DNA of 37,573 nt from Gammaproteobacteria bacterium (GTDB lineage: Bacteria; Pseudomonadota; Gammaproteobacteria; Natronospirales; REEB76): the NCBI GenBank assembly GCA_050739415.1, contig JBOIBD010000002.1, positions 1 through 37,573 on the forward strand, in the 5' to 3' direction. How positions within the stretch are numbered: position 1 is the first letter of the stretch; each line of letters opens with the position of its first letter. This document shows, in pieces, positions 36,201 through 37,573 of the stretch. The notes under the pieces were generated by a model. The model ran no database searches. It was given only the letters and a program-made list of their open reading frames with translations, and was not told where the DNA came from. A program made the position numbers and the translations under genes.

Positions 36201-36294
36201 TCTTGTTGACGGAATTCAGCCCCAACAGCAGGATGATCAGGCTGATGACCGTCGCCAGCACCGGGCGGCGGATGAAGATATCGGTAAAATTCAT
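33232..36294 (-). CDS. RND family multidrug/HAE1 efflux pump, inner-membrane permease subunit
   Basis: 1020 aa with the AcrB/MdtB-like N-terminus MNFTDIFIRRPVLATVISLIILLLGL...YPQIE and the conserved LAIGLVVDDAIVVVEN. It has the 12-TM layout with two large periplasmic loops. Confidence 0.95.
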   Translation of the reverse strand: MNFTDIFIRRPVLATVISLIILLLGLNSVNKMELRQYPQIETGQVSITTAYPGASANVIQGFITQPIQQSVAGAEGIDYITSSSTQGMSTITVYLKLNYDIHKALTDIMSKVDQVKNVLPPQSQAPVIQSSDVRNTAIMFISFYSDQMSLGQITDYITRVVQPKVQTLDGVASAQVFGFPYAMRIWLDPKKMAAYGVTASDVANALLQNNYLSAPGATRGSLVSMNIATTTDLQNSKGFADIVLRSQNGNLVRIKDVAQVELGSQVRDLSVNFSGIPSVFMAINPTPDANPLTTVKLIRQQLADIEPQLPPSMHTKVVYDATQFISASIYEVIKTIVEAALIVIVVIFLFLGAMRPVIIPVITIPLSLIGVCFFMLLLGYSLNLLTLLAMVLAIGLVVDDAIVVVENTHRHIELGKTPFQAALIGAREIATPVIAMTITLAAVFAPIGFIGGLTGSLFQEFAFTLAAAVILSGIIALTLSPMMCSKFLAPTGKTNRLETWLNHQFDTLKERYQHWLHNALNWRPVTVVVAIVVILNVVAFYAMSPSELAPTEDQGFVFVQTTGPLDATHAYMEKFGQQVEDIFKGIPQRDAYALINGGGFGGGTNSLIAFLILKPWNERSVSQFAVTKEVQQKLTQIAGLRGFAVNFPSLPGSSGLPVQFVVSSTAPYSDIYAVQEKLMDAARKSGMFYYVDSDLKFDNPQLSIDIDRNKAQQLGISMQDLGSSLSTFLGGGYLNFFNLQGYSYQVIPQVADQFRRNGAELMNYYVRTGDGSMIPLSTVAHLSNSIQPDQLNQFQQLNAATISAIPGVSLGKALDFFKNEAQQIFPKGYFINYAGESRQFVQSGNTLLLAIFFALIVIFLVLAAQFESWRDPLVILFSVPLAFCGALIPIFLGAATINIYTQVGLLTLIGLITKHGILMVDFANKWQIQTGCTKREAIEHAAAVRLRPILMTTAAMVLGVVPLLLASGAGAVSRFDIGLVIACGMTLGTMFTLFVVPTMYTFFARQHHPDPAQAISAPSP

Positions 36295-36312
36295 GGGCAG
36301 TGTCTCCGGTGC

Positions 36313-37410
36313 TCAGTCCAGCTTCACACTGTTGTTGATTTCCACCTGCATGTCGTTCTGCAGTTTCTGCTGTCCAGCTGTCACCACGACGTCACCTGCC
36401 TGTAGACCCTTGGTGACGGCCACGCGGCCATCGCGTTCCTGGCCGGTGGTTACGAATTGCTGGCTAACCTTGAGCACTGGCTTGCCGTCGGTGTCCTTGC
36501 CGTTTTGTTTGACGATGAACACAGAGCTGCCGTACAGCGAGTAGTCCACGGCACTGGTGGGCACGGTGACCACGGTTTGCGGCTTGCCGGCGTACACTTT
36601 CACGTTGGCGAACATGCCTGAGCGCAGCAGGTGTTCGGGATTGTGGATGGTGGCCTGCAGGGTCACGTTGTGCGTATTAGGATCCACGGCGGAATTAATG
36701 GCGGTTAGCTCGCCACTGAAAACCTTGCCAGGATAGGCGTCCACAGTGACTTCCACATGCTGGCCATTGGATAGCGTCGCCAGGTTCTGCTCTGGCAGTC
36801 CGAATTGAACGTACAAAATACCCAACGATTGCAGGCTGGCGATCGCGGTGCCGACCGGTAGATACTGGCCGATATTGACATTGCGGATGCCGATTTGTCC
36901 CGAGAACGGCGCGCGGATTGCGAGTTTCGCGATCGCAGTCTGATCATTTTCCAAATTTGACTGGGCCTGCTTGAGGTCATTCTTCGCCGTATCCAGATCC
37001 GATTTTGCGATCAAATGTTGCTTGATAAGTGCCTGGGAACGATCTAAGTTCACCTGGGCGAGATGCAATTCGGCTTGAAAACCGATCAACTGGGCGCGCT
37101 GGCTGCTGTCATCCAATTGCACCAGTAACTGGCCCTTCTTTACTTCGGTGCCGGATTGGAAATAAATACCGGTGACATTGCCTACGAGCTGATTGCTTAC
37201 ATCCACACCCTGCACTGGTGTGAGATTACCGACTGAACTGAAATACGGCGCCCAGCTCTCTTGTTGCGCAGGTGCGTCGGAAACAACTACTTCTTGTTTC
37301 ATGTGGGAGAATTTTTTGATGGCTGCGTAAACTTTCAGACCCCAGATGCCATAGATGATCACCATGATGCCGAGCATGATGGCGACGGTGATAACGATGC
37401 GTTTGGCCAT
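36313..37410 (-). CDS. RND efflux periplasmic adaptor (membrane fusion protein)
   Basis: 365 aa with an N-terminal TM anchor and a lipoyl/hairpin pattern (VKKGQLLVQLDD...AQVNLDRSQAL...DLDTAKNDLKQAQSNL...IRAPFSGQIGIRNVNIGQYL). It lies 18 nt upstream of the pump gene, and AAGGA lies upstream of the ATG. Confidence 0.93.
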   Translation of the reverse strand: MAKRIVITVAIMLGIMVIIYGIWGLKVYAAIKKFSHMKQEVVVSDAPAQQESWAPYFSSVGNLTPVQGVDVSNQLVGNVTGIYFQSGTEVKKGQLLVQLDDSSQRAQLIGFQAELHLAQVNLDRSQALIKQHLIAKSDLDTAKNDLKQAQSNLENDQTAIAKLAIRAPFSGQIGIRNVNIGQYLPVGTAIASLQSLGILYVQFGLPEQNLATLSNGQHVEVTVDAYPGKVFSGELTAINSAVDPNTHNVTLQATIHNPEHLLRSGMFANVKVYAGKPQTVVTVPTSAVDYSLYGSSVFIVKQNGKDTDGKPVLKVSQQFVTTGQERDGRVAVTKGLQAGDVVVTAGQQKLQNDMQVEINNSVKLD

Positions 37411-37425
37411 GAGGGTGTCCTTGGT

Positions 37426-37573
37426 TCAGGAATGAGTGATGCCAGAACTTTGTCGAGCGTTCCGGATTGTTGATTCTGAATGGTGTAGTACGGCAGTTTG
37501 AACGCCCGTGATAAGCTTGTTGCGATGGGCGCGTAGATAATCCCGTGCGGCGGTCATGACAGTCAGCCCAAAA
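37426..37573 (-). CDS. 3' end of an unidentified gene, truncated by the window edge
   Basis: The minus-strand frame is open for all 49 codons to the window edge (...LTVMTAARDYLRAHRNKLITGVQTAVLHHSESTIRNARQSSGITHS*). It ends 15 nt before the adaptor gene. The tail does not look like a typical outer-membrane-factor C-terminus. Confidence 0.3.
   Translation of the reverse strand, partial: FGLTVMTAARDYLRAHRNKLITGVQTAVLHHSESTIRNARQSSGITHS

Overview
This is a proteobacterial-looking chromosomal segment, about 55-65% GC by eye and gene-dense. I recognised no CRISPR array, transposase, integrase, phage gene or known defence system.

Gene order, left to right:
- metF-metH (methionine and folate cycle)
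- a secreted two-unit M16 peptidase
- mgtA (P-type Mg2+ ATPase), which has a long 5' leader and a possible 30-aa hydrophobic ORF trailing it
- a convergent 1040-aa secreted protein with 11 BNR/Asp-box motifs
- a Pho-box-controlled pstSCAB operon with no phoU
- a membrane-anchored regulator (sigma-region-4-like HTH, one TM segment, TPR repeats), divergent from an AraC-family regulator
- an accessory-looking block at about 21.9-30.0 kb
- tRNA-Val(CAC)
- hrpB helicase
- a convergent RND efflux pair (adaptor and pump, no outer-membrane factor gene between or downstream of them) followed by a small charged protein

The accessory block is the most interesting part of the window. It encodes four lipoproteins and one membrane methyltransferase.
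- Each lipoprotein starts with a lipobox Cys followed by a 24-70 residue pure Ser/Gly tether.
- Three of the four are repeat (beta-propeller-like) proteins in which nearly every repeat carries a closely spaced Cys pair.
- One of these three also has a poly-glycine domain, which is encoded by a canonical G-quadruplex motif.
- The methyltransferase is a polytopic ICMT/PEMT-family membrane protein, encoded 32 nt downstream of one lipoprotein gene.

I do not recognise this gene set as any characterised system. I propose it as a candidate uncharacterised cell-envelope or surface module. All functional calls come from motif recognition in the supplied translations. No database search was run.
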